32,000 nucleotides of DNA from a bacterium (GTDB lineage Bacteria > UBP7 > UBA6624), in NCBI GenBank assembly GCA_002716355.1, contig PBAU01000002.1, forward strand, positions 1 through 32,000. Reading direction: 5' to 3'. Both the position numbers and the translations under genes were made by a program. Shown one piece after another: positions 31,785 to 32,000 of this stretch. The stretch's first letter is position 1, and every line of letters starts with the position of its first letter. The notes under the pieces are model-generated. The model was given only the letters and a program-made list of their open reading frames with translations. It made no database searches and was not told where the DNA came from.

Positions 31785-32000
31785 TTATTTTTTAAAGGGA
31801 AACAAAAGAAAGATTGAGTTAAATATAGCGCAAAAGCTTCCCAAACCTAACAAATCGACTGAGTTGCGACTGATAACCAATGTTGATCCAATGTTGAGAC
31901 AGACTGAGAAAAAAAGCAACCACGACATTAATGTAAGGTTTTTGTCTTCTTTGTAATTTTTAGCTATAGCCAGTACTACACAAGACACTATCAAAAGCAC
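31785..32000 (-). CDS. C-terminal fragment of a hydrophobic (membrane) protein; the 5' end lies outside the window
   Basis: The open frame runs from the window edge to the stop at 31785. The translation is strongly hydrophobic. No family can be assigned from 71 aa. Confidence 0.3.
   Translation of the reverse strand: MLLIVSCVVLAIAKNYKEDKNLTLMSWLLFFSVCLNIGSTLVISRNSVDLLGLGSFCAIFNSIFLLFPFKK

Overview
AT-rich, very gene-dense bacterial chromosomal segment with about 38 protein genes and 2 tRNA-Arg genes. By my estimate from the ORF coordinates, non-coding DNA totals only a few hundred bp. Most content is core housekeeping. This includes rpsP, a 3-hydroxybutyryl-CoA dehydrogenase, a GT4 glycosyltransferase, an NhaC-type antiporter, pyruvate phosphate dikinase, tsaD, a thiE-like gene, mazG and a type IA topoisomerase. 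It also includes prfB, surE, a KARI-like / IPMS-like / thiolase cluster, rpmH-rnpA-yidD-yidC, cmk and plsC. I found no CRISPR array, transposase, integrase, reverse transcriptase or recognisable defence or toxin system, so I cannot point to one clear novel system. The items most worth a second look are: (1) an ORF matching only the M domain of Ffh, stop/start-coupled to rpsP; (2) S16 with a perfect (EEAPAA)n tandem-repeat tail running off the window; (3) a lipoprotein fusing an M48 metalloprotease to a ComEA-like helix-hairpin-helix module and an unknown acidic domain; (4) a catalytically intact type IA topoisomerase whose tail lacks Zn-ribbons and carries a repeated T-x-K-Q motif; (5) a small membrane protein with an (HDDHG)3 tail; (6) an OmpM-like SLH / coiled-coil / beta-barrel outer-membrane protein together with a short YidC, suggesting a diderm envelope tethered through SLH domains; (7) a tRNA-Arg pair that includes a GCG anticodon, beside a 366-aa orphan gene. 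All functional calls rest on motif recognition by eye. No searches were run.
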